Under the pieces are notes generated by a model, which did not search any database, had not been told where the DNA came from, and saw only the letters and a program-made list of their open reading frames with translations. DNA of 64,000 nt, from the NCBI GenBank assembly GCA_965153355.1, contig OZ231126.1, forward strand, positions 1,302,001 to 1,366,000, written 5' to 3'. Positions within the stretch are counted from its first letter, which is position 1, and each line of letters begins with the position of its first letter. Below are positions 1 through 11,379 of this stretch, in pieces. This stretch comes from Flaccisagitta enflata. Its lineage: Eukaryota. The position numbers were made by a program, and so were the translations under genes.

Positions 1-3000
1 GCAGTATCCGCCAAAAGACCGTCGATCTGGCCTTCCAAAATTTCAACTGGATCAGTTTCAATTCGAACATACAGTAACGTTACATGTGCGCTTCAGTGGG
101 AATGTCCGCCAAGCAGCCGATGCAGCAGCAGCAACAGTTGGAGCAGCAGCAGCAAGGACAGCAGCGCCACCACGGCAGCAGAATGAACAGCAACAGCGGC
201 CCTGACCAGCAACAGCAGCCCAACATCAACAGTGGCAGCAGCAACGTGCTTCAACAACAGCAACAGCATCAGGGATTGTGCATCATCAAACCCCAGCAGC
301 AACGATTCTCCCTACTGCACCGGAAGTGATCTTCGAGAAGCAGATTGGTTCCGCATAGAAGGGAGACTGGTCTTCCCATCAAGAGGAAAAGGTCTTCAAC
401 ACAGCCGGATGCGGGGGTGATGCTACGGACGTGATAAGCTGGAGGTAGAGGCAAGAGGCCGCTGACGCGAAGTTGGCCCAGCAGCTGCAAGATAAAGAAA
501 GAAGAAAAGTCGCTCCAAAGAAGACAACGACTGAATAGCAGCCAAAGGCGCCGAAAGTAGCGCAAGCGCCTAACGACGCCTCGAAGTGTCATCCAGCAGA
601 ATCATCGCTTGCAGCAAGAAGTGGATAGTTTGAAGATGCAGATCCAGAGACTTTCTTGACCGCCAGAAGCGAGCAGAAGACACCTAAAAGAAGAATTAAA
701 TAACAGCCACAGCATTGGTCCGCCAAGATTTTGATGCTCCCAGATTCCATCAAGATGATCGTCAACAACAAGTGAATCAGCAAGAGAGTTAGTGGAGGTA
801 AAACCACCAAAAAGAGATCTCCGGTAAAAGTCGGGGGTCAATATGCCTTCATCCAACAACCCCAGCGTATCATCAAGGTGGAGCATCACTGGGCAGCCCA
901 CAACCGAAGTCCATGTTCAGATGCCCAACAATCCAGCTCTGGACAGGTTTTTGGAAAGAGCGACGTATAATGATCTTACACAAGCAAGGGAGGTCTGCCT
1001 CAAAGCGTTGGAGAGAGCAAGACCTGAGAAGCTTCTGCAGGAGCTTTCATCCACCGACTTTATGATGTGGAAGAGGAAGTTTAAAGATGCTGAGAAGCAT
1101 GAGGGCTTGACGCGAATGGACATCTTATTGGAATTGCCCAAGTGGTTTGCTGGTCCGGCAAAGGAGATCATGGGAACTGCGACGATTGATGCAACTGAAG
1201 CAACAGCAAGAGGAGAAATTGACGACGCCTTTGCAAAAATGGACGTCGTCTTCATGGCGGGGCTGCAACATTGCGGCGCTGTTCAACGAAATCGCCGCGG
1301 AGGCGAAGATCCAGTCGGCCGACCATGCATGGTTCACCCTGTCTGCAAGGCTGCAGCAAAGAAGATTAAGTAGAGACCTGTGAGAGGGCAACAATGCTAT
1401 CGTGACGCAGCTGCTGCAGGAGATCCTCAATAAGAGGGTCCTCTATCTTGCAGATAAATTCTGTAGCAAATATGAAGCAGCCCAAAATGGACAATTATTT
1501 TCATTCGACAACTCAATCAATATGATCGAGACATGGGCGGTGATTCAGCGCAACATGGGGCGCAAGTTGCAAAACAGCATCAGTGGCAGCAGTCGCAACT
1601 ACAGAGAAAGAAGCGCCATCATCATATGAAGATGCTTGACCAATGGTGCTGGGCAAAGACGAAGTCGACGGACCGGCTGCAACGCCTGCAGGGAAATGCA
1701 GATCAGACGTAAAGAATGCTGTCAGCTGTTAGAGTTGAAGGACGCGGTATTCAAAAAGATCGCGTCTCGTCGCTCTTTGCTTCCACCGTCGCGCCAAGAC
1801 ACAACGCCAAAGGATGCGCGAACAGACCGACTTGCCAAAACTGCAAGTAGTGGCACGCAACGATTCTCCACGAACGCACTCTATAAGAAAGAAGAAAAGG
1901 AAGAGAAGAAAGGAGAAAAAAAGCAGGGAAATAAAGTAACGTTGGCTTTTCAAAGTCAGGAGGATGGCAGCAGCAGCACCCAACAGCCTGGCTGACGGCG
2001 GAGGCAGCCAATCTCACGGAGGTGATCTTCAACGCTGCTTTACATGATCATGCGACGGCACTGCCAATGTCCGTCTCTTCATTCGACGACGTTGTCCGTC
2101 CGATTGTTCCAGTGACTATTATAAACAATTCTTCCGGTGCGCAGAGGACGATTTACGCTATGATCGTACTTCCAGGGCGCTGATCGCGGACGTGATTTGC
2201 ATCAATGTCATTCGCAGGCCTTCTGATTCCAACAAAACAGTGCAATGATGGTGATTACTGTGGGAAGTCATGTTGTTGAGGATCAAGCTTTCATCGCATC
2301 ATTCACTATGCAATCGGTCGATGTTATATCAACAGTGTCGTCGACATCAACGACGCATTGGTGGGTGATTTGTTAACGAGTGAACGCGACATTCCTCCCT
2401 TTCTCCGCGACCCATCTGACCAACCTCACATCGGGGGCGTAAAATTTCCAGAAGCTGAAGGCGGTCAGATGATGATCATCGGAGCGGTGCATGCGGATGC
2501 CGCCGTCGCTCAAGAAATCCGCTGAGGTCTTCTTGTGACGGACTTGGCTTCAGACGTCTGCCATTCGGTTGGACTGCATGTGGAAAAACGGGCAAGAGAG
2601 GACGAGATATTGCGTCGATCAACGCCATCGCGACGGATGACCGCGTCCTCAACGATAATATCGATCGCATCCTCGAAAATCGCGCCCTCAACAGCAACAT
2701 TGACCGCATCTTCTACTACGACTTTGCATCATCAGTCGTCTCGCAAGAGGAGATGGGTGATTCCCTGGAAAATGTCAGAGCGTGCAAAACGTTAGAGGAA
2801 AGAACATATTTTTGCCCAATCAGGAAAAAGTACTTTGCTCCCGTCACGTGGAAATTCTATCACGAAACGGCGAGATTTTGGAGAAGAGTAAAATCACGCA
2901 TCAACTGGCGGCGAAGCCGACTCGGCAATCAACGCGCCTCAAGCGTGATCCAGCCTTCAAAGAAAGAGTTTTCCGTGAAATCGAGTAGTTTCACGAGACG

Positions 3001-4410
3001 GGAGTGGCGATTGAGATCGATAACGCCGACGATTACGACGGCATTGAGAAACCGCGCTGGTACTTACCGCTTCATATTGTGTTGAACTGCGCGGAAAACG
3101 CGCGTATGTCACGAAGCGATGCCAGTGCGGCGACCGACGGGATCCTCACTCCACGTGACTTGCCTGGCCGAGGTCCAAATTTGATGAATAGCTAATGGAC
3201 ATCCTCATATGTTGGCAGGAAGATCGCCTTTATGTGTGACATAAAGGCGTTCTTCCACCAGATTCATGTCCATCCTGACGACGCTGATCTGTTAAGATTC
3301 TTTTGGTTCAAAGACCGTACTTTACGAGAAGCCATTTTGAATCTGTTCTTATCACATGTCTTCAGCCAATCCAGCTCATTCGCCACGTCGCCACCTGGGC
3401 CAGAGCATGCTGAAGTAATCCGGCCCAAATATCCCTCCAACGTCTACGATCTTATTCGCTATGGTTTTTACGTTGACGACGAAGTGGGGTGTGAGACTGG
3501 CCGACTAAGCACTGCAACCAGAAGGTGATTCAGTGGCTGCGATGGCTGGCTACGGGATGGATCTTGTGAAGTGGAAAAGTAATGCGCGGCAATTGATGGA
3601 TGGAGATCCAAATGTGCCAATCCCCATTCTTAGATAAAACAAGATGATGCGCCGACGAAGGTGTTGGGCGTCCCATGGCTTCCTCCAGAAGACTTCTTTA
3701 TTTTCATCTGCGATTAAGAATTCAAAACTCTTAGAGCAAAAACACCGCGTCAATTGGTCTCTATGCAAGTTAAACTTTACGATCCATTGGGTTTTGGAGC
3801 CCAAGCGCATACATCGGCAGATGACTACATCTTCAACTCTGTCGCCCAGGAAGTGGGATGGACGTCTTTGGAAGAGAAGCGTTGAGGAATCTTTCTTCCG
3901 CTATACTTCATCTTGGCCTCTTCTACAACAATATCGAATTGAACGCTGGTGGAATGGCGCAAGGCGATAACAGCGACATTATGAAGTCACAATCGAGTTA
4001 TTTTACATGCAGCTCCAAAAGGCGGATAGGACAGGTTGCATATCGACGTCAAGTCAACCGAGATAGAGATGTTCACATTTCATTCATCTTGCCTCCAAAT
4101 CTCACGCCGGCCACATCCTACCTGTCCAAAACGGTCATCACAACAGAAGGCTCACGTGTCGGTGAGATTGTATCCGCAGAAAAAGCAGTGCAGCTCAAAC
4201 GTCTGGCTGAAGGACCATCAACTGACAATCTCGTCGCAGATTTTGGCCTGATTCTGAATCTGCACTGAAGATGATGCATAATCCGGCAAAACCGAGTACT
4301 GTATTCTTCGCCAATCGGCTCTCCAAGATCCATAGTGGGTCTGATTCAACAGTGGCGCCTGGGCTGACTCACAAACAACCCGGCGAACAGCCGCACCGAA
4401 CGGCGATACT
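1..4410 (+). mobile_element. Partial, indel-riddled copy of the Bel/Pao retrotransposon (gag, protease, RT, part of RNase H); inverted relative to ~32312-36696
   Basis: Collinear with the reverse complement of 32312-36696 (shared PEVHVQMPNNPALDRFLERATYNDL, WYLPLHI, CDIKAFFHQI, FYVDD, FFANRLSKIHSGSD), with small indels every few tens of bases; ends at an N gap. Confidence 0.93.
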
Positions 4411-4411
4411 G

Positions 4412-4421
4412 NNNNNNNNNN
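4412..4421. other. Assembly gap (10 N)
   Basis: Run of N; sequence on either side is unrelated. Confidence 1.
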
Positions 4422-4422
4422 A

Positions 4423-4932
4423 TTCAACCAATCAAGGTCCAACCAGAACTTCAACCAACCTCACATGAATAACACCATTGCCTCTGTTGACCAAGAGCCA
4501 ATACAAGCACATCAAGAATATTTCCCAGTGGTAAATGAGCCACCTCACCAACATCAAAATCCTGCTGTCAACCTACAGCACCCAGACGGTCAACAAAATG
4601 GGCCTGGCGGCCAACAAAATGCACCTGGTGGTCAACAAAACATACCTGGTAGTGGAATCCCACCACCGTTATATGGAAATCTTCAGCGCCCTTTATGCGG
4701 CAATTGTCAGCGCATTGGACACAGATGGCAAGATTGCCAATGGGCGGCATTCTGCTCTAGATGTCTTGTGGAAGGACATCAGAACAGGTCTCACTATCAA
4801 AATCATAACTGGCCACAACAGAGACCTGACGCCAGGCAGTGGAACAACATCCAATTCCAATATGGCGGAACCAATCAGGACGACCAACAAGTGCCCATGA
4901 ACCACATCGATGGGCCCAATCATGATCAATGA
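4423..4932 (+). CDS. gag: Gag-like C-terminal region with two zinc knuckles (5' end lost in the gap)
   Basis: CGNCQRIGHRWQDC = CX2CX4HX4C; CSRCLVEGHQNRSH = CX2CX4HX4H; frame open from the gap; Q/N/P/G-rich. Confidence 0.8.
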   Translation, partial: FNQSRSNQNFNQPHMNNTIASVDQEPIQAHQEYFPVVNEPPHQHQNPAVNLQHPDGQQNGPGGQQNAPGGQQNIPGSGIPPPLYGNLQRPLCGNCQRIGHRWQDCQWAAFCSRCLVEGHQNRSHYQNHNWPQQRPDARQWNNIQFQYGGTNQDDQQVPMNHIDGPNHDQ

Positions 4933-7900
4933 TGGGGCCGAGTGGATCCTGAAGAGAACTACTGTAGCTCAGACGTATTCCTCATTAATAAAACAGGTAA
5001 TCTCACTAACCTTTGTAGAATACCAAATACTAACCTTTTTGTCGAAACAAGCCCAGCTGGAAATCCTTTTCAAAGGACAATTAACTTCACACCAACAACT
5101 CATGATGCAACCCCAAATAAATTCTTCTTGTGCAATTCAACAAAGCAAAGAAACAAATTCTCAAGAAAGAAAAACGCCAGGCCATGGTCAAAAACCAAGG
5201 CTTGGGAACGTAAAACTGATAGCAAAAATAGCCCAACCTCCCAATTTGCACAAAGGGGATCAAAGCATGGAAACAAACATGCCAGGCCAAGGTCAAAAAG
5301 CAAGGCTTGGCAACCCAAAAATAACAGCAAAAATGACCCAACCTCTCAATATGTATGGAGACAATCAAAGCATGCTTCAAACCAAACTTCAAAGAACATG
5401 ATCCCTAGGGACCAAAACGCATGGAAATCAAATCTGGCCCTTGATCACAATGGGTGGCAAATAAGCACTTCAAATAGATATGGTCTCCTTTCTAACCATG
5501 GTGAAGATGAACGAGGGACGAACCAAAATCACTCCTCAGTGTTTGATGACAAAGAAATTGAAGAACGCCTTCACCGTTTAAGGAGTCAAAATATCTTGAA
5601 CGTTGAAGATTCATTTAATGGTGAGAATGAAGTCCCATCCACGCAAAGATTGGAACCTGTTTACTTTAAGAAGAAATCAAGAAAACATGACAAGTCAAGA
5701 AGACCTTTCAAAAATCAGAAGAAAGTAAAGGTAGATCCTTTACCTGCCTCGGAATCATCACAATGGATGGAAAATGAACAAAAGTATTACCCACCAATGG
5801 TTGGATCATCAGGTAAGAGAATCGTTAAAATAGGTAAGTCTAAACTCCAACCCGCACGACATAACTTTTCCTCTAGACAGACAGATGGACACCCTGATAC
5901 CCATCACTCTCAAGATAATTCACCTTTAAACTGCGCAGCAAAACATGACCTTGCCTCTGGATTAAAGGGCAAAAACACCACAATTAACGAAATTGAGGTG
6001 ACTCCCAGCGGTTTAACTTGTCGAGACGTCAAACCTAGGAAGAGACGCAAAGTTAAGAAGGATGGACCAAACATAAATACAACTCAAAATGGCCCAGAAG
6101 TCAGGATCCCAAACCCATGTGAGACAAAATCTCCTTCCAACACCCATGACATCGGTGTCAATACACCTAAACATTTTCTTGCACCATGGGACACAGCCTC
6201 TAGACGAGGGGTTGAACATCCTGATGTCCACGGTACTAACTCTTCAAATAATTGTGCATGTTGGGATCATGCAACTAGACGGAGGGGCGAGCATTCTGAA
6301 ATGGTCAACACAGATGAGAGCCTCACTTCAAATAACTCTACAAGTCAAAACGAAAGACCTTCCAATACCTATGACATTGGTGTGAATATACCCGAACCTT
6401 TTCTTGCACCATGGGACCTTGCCTCCAGACAGACGGGCGGACATCCTAATATCCATGGTGCTAACTCATCAAACAATTGTGCATGTTGGGATCATGCATC
6501 TAGACGGAGGGGCGAGCATCCTGAAATGGTCAACAAGGATGAGAGCCTAACTTCAAATAGCTCTACGAGTCAAAACAAAAGTCCTTCCAATACCCAGGAC
6601 ATTCGTGTAAATACACCTGAACATTTTCATGCACCATGGGATCTTGCCTCTATACGGAGGGGCAAACATCCTGGTACCCATGGTACTAACCTTTCAAACA
6701 ATTATGCATGTTGGGATCATGCATTTAGACGGAGGGGCGAGCATCCTGAAATGGTCAACACGGATGTAAACCTTACTTCAAATAGTTCTACGCGTCAAAA
6801 CGAAAGACCTTCCAACTCCCATGACATTGGTGTGAACACATCTGAAAACCTTCCTCCACCAGTGGACTTTACATCTAGACGGGGGGGCGTAACACCTGAG
6901 GTCCATATCAATAAGATAAACGCCGAGGGACCTACCCCTCTGTTTCAAGAAACTGCACAAAGGAGTGAAGATCAAAATATTTATGGTGATTCTGCAATTT
7001 CTAAACAAGCAGGCAGGAATGCCCGCAATGGAAACAATATGGTAGCAAATGGTAAACAACATTCAAAAGCTGGGAAAAAGATGTCGGGTAAGTATGTAAA
7101 ACACACTGATCCCACCTTCTCTATCCATACAGAAAAGAAATTGGAATCTATCAGTGGACTATGCAAAGAGAATGTCAGCAGATCACCCTTGCTGGTGTTC
7201 CCCTCATCACTCAAACTTAATGCTGAAAGAAAGTTCACTTTTGCTCTCTCAACATTCACAGTTACATTTACACATCACGCCTGGGGAGCATCAATTCCCC
7301 TCGTTCTGCTCATCTGGGTTGTCATCCTAATGTCACTCAGAGGAGAATTTTGGAAATTTATTGATTACTTCAATCCCGTCAAGCACATGGGAATGCATCA
7401 AGTTGGCACAATAAACGTCTTGGACTCCTCTACTGGAGCTAAGCCAAATTGGTTCTATGAGGTCCAAAAACAACCTCAAAATGTGAACCTCAGCCTGCGC
7501 AACATGCTGGAAACTGATTATTGGCCCCTGCAACATGTAAATAATCCATACATTAAGCAGCAGCCACATCCCCCCAGGCGGGATATCAAATACGGCAAGA
7601 AATATCGTGTGGCTGGAATTCTAAACGGAACCTTTGTGGAACTCCAGCTTGACTGTGGGGCATTTGTCTCTGCTATAAGCCTCCAAAAAGCCAAAGAACT
7701 TGGATTAACAATTGTTGATGGTCCAAGCAAGACGGCAGGAGCAGCTAATGGCAGCGTTGAGTTTAAAAAGCAAACAACAACGTGTTTGGATATAGGAGCA
7801 CTCTGCTTGGATGTGACGTTCATGGTCATGGAGCATGACTCCTGGAGGCCTGATATGATTCTCTTGGGTGCCAGTCTACTTGAAACAGTCAAAGCTAAAC

Positions 7901-8361
7901 TAGACTTTGACAAAAACTACATGATTCTTTATGGCCGGTACCCCATTCGTATGTTCACATCCTCTGGAGATCTTAGGCGCTACGTCGACTGCGTCAAAGT
8001 AAACTACATCTCCAACAAGAGAACTCCAGTATTCGCTGATAGATTGGCTATCTTAAAGCCAAACGAATCAAAGTCAGTGAAAATAAAACTCGACCCCAAA
8101 GATCGGCTGTCCCTGCAAAACACAAACCTGTACTTCTGTGCCAATATTCAAACTAAGGGATGCGAAGCGAGGGATTTGTTCATTGATAAAAAATTCCCTT
8201 GGCATCAAAGTGATGTTGAAATTACCATCACAAATACCACAAACCTGCATAAAATTGTAAGGGAAAACGACATAGTTGGCTCCTTCAAGCCCGTGATCTT
8301 CAAAAAATGCACTACTGGCTTGGCGGGAATCAACAGCCACAGCAAAAGCAATGACAACTAA
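4933..8361 (+). CDS. Retroelement polyprotein: basic low-complexity region, 75-aa repeats, hydrophobic segment, retropepsin-type aspartic protease, dUTPase-like C-terminal domain; no RT/RNase H/integrase
   Basis: Same frame as the upstream gag (single TGA at 4930-4932). Protease motifs VAGILNGTFVELQLDCGAFVSAIS...DMILLGASLL...KLDF. C-terminal LKPNESKSVKI...VEITITNTT...IVRENDIVG resembles the dUTPase-like domain after protease in Gypsy-type elements. Confidence 0.75.
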   Translation, partial: WGRVDPEENYCSSDVFLINKTGNLTNLCRIPNTNLFVETSPAGNPFQRTINFTPTTHDATPNKFFLCNSTKQRNKFSRKKNARPWSKTKAWERKTDSKNSPTSQFAQRGSKHGNKHARPRSKSKAWQPKNNSKNDPTSQYVWRQSKHASNQTSKNMIPRDQNAWKSNLALDHNGWQISTSNRYGLLSNHGEDERGTNQNHSSVFDDKEIEERLHRLRSQNILNVEDSFNGENEVPSTQRLEPVYFKKKSRKHDKSRRPFKNQKKVKVDPLPASESSQWMENEQKYYPPMVGSSGKRIVKIGKSKLQPARHNFSSRQTDGHPDTHHSQDNSPLNCAAKHDLASGLKGKNTTINEIEVTPSGLTCRDVKPRKRRKVKKDGPNINTTQNGPEVRIPNPCETKSPSNTHDIGVNTPKHFLAPWDTASRRGVEHPDVHGTNSSNNCACWDHATRRRGEHSEMVNTDESLTSNNSTSQNERPSNTYDIGVNIPEPFLAPWDLASRQTGGHPNIHGANSSNNCACWDHASRRRGEHPEMVNKDESLTSNSSTSQNKSPSNTQDIRVNTPEHFHAPWDLASIRRGKHPGTHGTNLSNNYACWDHAFRRRGEHPEMVNTDVNLTSNSSTRQNERPSNSHDIGVNTSENLPPPVDFTSRRGGVTPEVHINKINAEGPTPLFQETAQRSEDQNIYGDSAISKQAGRNARNGNNMVANGKQHSKAGKKMSGKYVKHTDPTFSIHTEKKLESISGLCKENVSRSPLLVFPSSLKLNAERKFTFALSTFTVTFTHHAWGASIPLVLLIWVVILMSLRGEFWKFIDYFNPVKHMGMHQVGTINVLDSSTGAKPNWFYEVQKQPQNVNLSLRNMLETDYWPLQHVNNPYIKQQPHPPRRDIKYGKKYRVAGILNGTFVELQLDCGAFVSAISLQKAKELGLTIVDGPSKTAGAANGSVEFKKQTTTCLDIGALCLDVTFMVMEHDSWRPDMILLGASLLETVKAKLDFDKNYMILYGRYPIRMFTSSGDLRRYVDCVKVNYISNKRTPVFADRLAILKPNESKSVKIKLDPKDRLSLQNTNLYFCANIQTKGCEARDLFIDKKFPWHQSDVEITITNTTNLHKIVRENDIVGSFKPVIFKKCTTGLAGINSHSKSNDN
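6133..6900 (+). repeat. 225-bp in-frame tandem repeat, ~3.4 copies (75 aa)
   Basis: Units start CCTTCCAA at 6133, 6358, 6583, 6808; peptide PSNTHDIGVNTP...APWD...NNCACWDHA.RRRGEH. Confidence 0.92.
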
Positions 8362-10288
8362 AGAACTCCGTGCGCATCGGCATAACGGTGAATATCACAT
8401 GAAAGGATACAATTCACCTTTTGTGTCAATATCCTGGGGATCAAAATCGGTCCCTGCCCGCTGCAGCTTCTCCTTCTCTGGGTCCTGCCCACTGGAATAC
8501 ATTGTTTTTTTGTTTGTTTTTTTTTTTTGTTTGTTTTTTTTAACAAGTCTTTTTCCCAGGCATTTGCCCCTATTAAGCTTTTCAACCATCATCATCCGCA
8601 GTTTGGCTGCACTCTCTTGTTGAGCTTGTTGAAATTCTACTCATTTTTCAATTGTTGACATCTTGTTATGTTAATCTTGGAAAGTCATTTTAATTTCCTG
8701 CTAGCGCCTCAACGTATTATGATTGAGTCTTCATCATCAAATTATGGCTTCAACCACCTATTGCCATGACTTGTTACTCATCAATACAACACTATTTTTA
8801 AGGCCAAGTCCCATCATCTCTCCGACCTTCTTGCTTCAAATCATTCCTCAAAACACGATGCTGGGTCCACATCCTCACGTCCATCTCTATCTTCAACTAA
8901 AATCAACGCTGAAAACATATTATCTCATCACCCATCTTATCCATCCTCTGAATTAAGGATGGTCCAAAACATCACTTCTAATCCTTCTCACCTGCCATCT
9001 ATGATCAATACCTGGTCCGCAGGCTCTTCTCCATACTCTAAATTCAAAACAGAGTAATAATATTGTCCCGGCGGTCTGTATCACAAAGTTTTCAAAAACT
9101 GGCTCAACCTGCCATGCTATCTACTCTCAAGCATAGTGGCCTCTCACTCATCATCAAATTGTCTCAGGGTAGAACACTAATGGATCAACATCACCATCAC
9201 TTTCTCCTTTGGAATGTTCCAGTACCATGTTTTGACAATTTTAAACTCTTCAAGTCCACACGGTGTCCTAGTTCAGCTTAGTTCTGCATGCATAAACCAT
9301 TCAACAACAAAAAAAACAAAAAACAAAAAAAAAACTTAATCACTTCCAAAATCACACTTTATGTCTCTCATTTTGTCCTCATCACCTCTCCTGTCTTCTC
9401 TGCCTCTTTGTAAATCCCCACTCATTGCTCACTGCCACATCAACTAAGCCAAGGATACTTTGTTACTTCGACATCTTAACTGGCGGCCCCCCCCCCACAT
9501 CCATGCTTCTCTTCATGCGGGATCAGTGGTATCCACCCGCAGACCCAACCTACTCACTTGGGCTTGCTGTCATGTTGTGGCTTCCATGGCCTTCTCCCTC
9601 CAACATCTTTAAAGCATGACAAGCAACGCGTCATGTGCGCGGGACCCACCGGGGGACCTTAGTCATCAAAGTCATGGATTCAGCGTCCCATCCCAATTGA
9701 CAATCTTTTTCCCACTATCATCAGCCCAAGCGAAGCCAAGACAGGCCGAATGTGCCTGACAACTTGCCTTCTCTTTAATACCACAACTGACCTTCAAGAG
9801 ACCTAGGTTCTGATTGTGGTTAGTGAATCTTATCTGTGAATCCGTTACATCCGTGAATTCTATCTGTGAATCCATTCAGTGAATCCTATCTATCTTCAGA
9901 TCCATTTTTGATATCATTCGCCCCAGCTTCTGTCCTTGTATTCGCTCGCAACGCCACTCTATAAGAGGACCTGTCCGTCAATAAATTTCCTGAGTTTATT
10001 CTCACGTTTTTAGTTGAACAGACCTTTTTTTAAGAACCTAGTTTATAAGAACTTCAAGCCTTGAATTTCTTTGCAAAGAATAGAAACAGTTCTCTACTTA
10101 TTATTTCCTTATCCTCTTAAGACAGCAGCTTTAAATGACGTTCTAATAAAAATTTGTAAGTGAACTGATTCCTGAGCTCCAATGCTCTCACCCGGCGAAA
10201 CAACCCAGCCCAGCTTATTGCTGACCCTGCCCAACCTCAGTCCTTATCACACGCAAAGCACTTATCTGTCACAGTCCCGGCCTTGTGG

Positions 10289-10369
<81 letters not shown>

Positions 10370-10377
10370 GTACACAC
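10289..10377. repeat. (CA)n microsatellite
   Basis: Direct observation. Confidence 0.95.
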
Positions 10378-11379
10378 GATATTTAATCCTTACTACAAAG
10401 TACTTTATTTACTTTGCTTTACATTGATATTTACGTTACAATTTCGAGTTAAGTACTTTTTAAGAGACCAAATTGCTTCCAGTAAACAAAACATTATGCA
10501 AAATAATAACCTTTTATTAGTGATAAAAACAAAAAAACAAAAAAAAAAGAACAAAAACAACAACAAAAACAAAACCAAAAAAAAAATTTTTTTTACAAAA
10601 ATAATAATTATACTCAAAAAAAAAAAAAAAAAAAAAAAGTTCACTATTCAATTGTCTTTTATCCCGTTTTTCTTCAAACCTACAAAACTACTTCGTCATT
10701 TCCCCCCCCCTTCTCCCCAGCTTTTCTTATTCCCCTTTACTGATTATATAACGTGCAACTTATTAGATATACGTTAACACCCGTCCCCGAGCCTTATATA
10801 CTTAATCAGACCCCTTAGCCTACCTATTCTCAACCTTCTCCGCGGATGGCGCCTTTCAAGCTAATTGGGCTTCACCAACACGCAGAAATTACACCAACTC
10901 ACAGCGTGACAAGTTTATGTCGCGCGCGCGGTATCCACCCGCGGACCCTCCTCATTCAATTGAACTCGCCGCCAAGATTGACGGTTCACACAGCTGTGTA
11001 TCCCTTCTCACTTCATAGTGTACGAAGCACGCGGTGCCCACCCGCGGGCCTCACACTTGAGATCACTGCTCATCGTCATGATGCAAAAGGTGGCCTCCAA
11101 AGCCGGGCCTTTCCATCTTGATTCAAATTGGAACAAGTTTACCAGCGGATTTCACCCAATCACGTGGACCCTGCTCAGCGTCTTGATATAAGCGGCGGTT
11201 TTCATGGCCGCATCCCCCTTCTCGCCTCAAGCATGACAAATTATGTCACAGAAGCGAGACCCATTCATGGATTCACCTGGATTTGTTATCATCAAGACAT
11301 AAACCGCTGCCTCAACGGCCGCATTCCCCCCCACCCCTTCCAGGGAGGTAACAAGCTGATGTCGCAAGTGATCGCTGGT

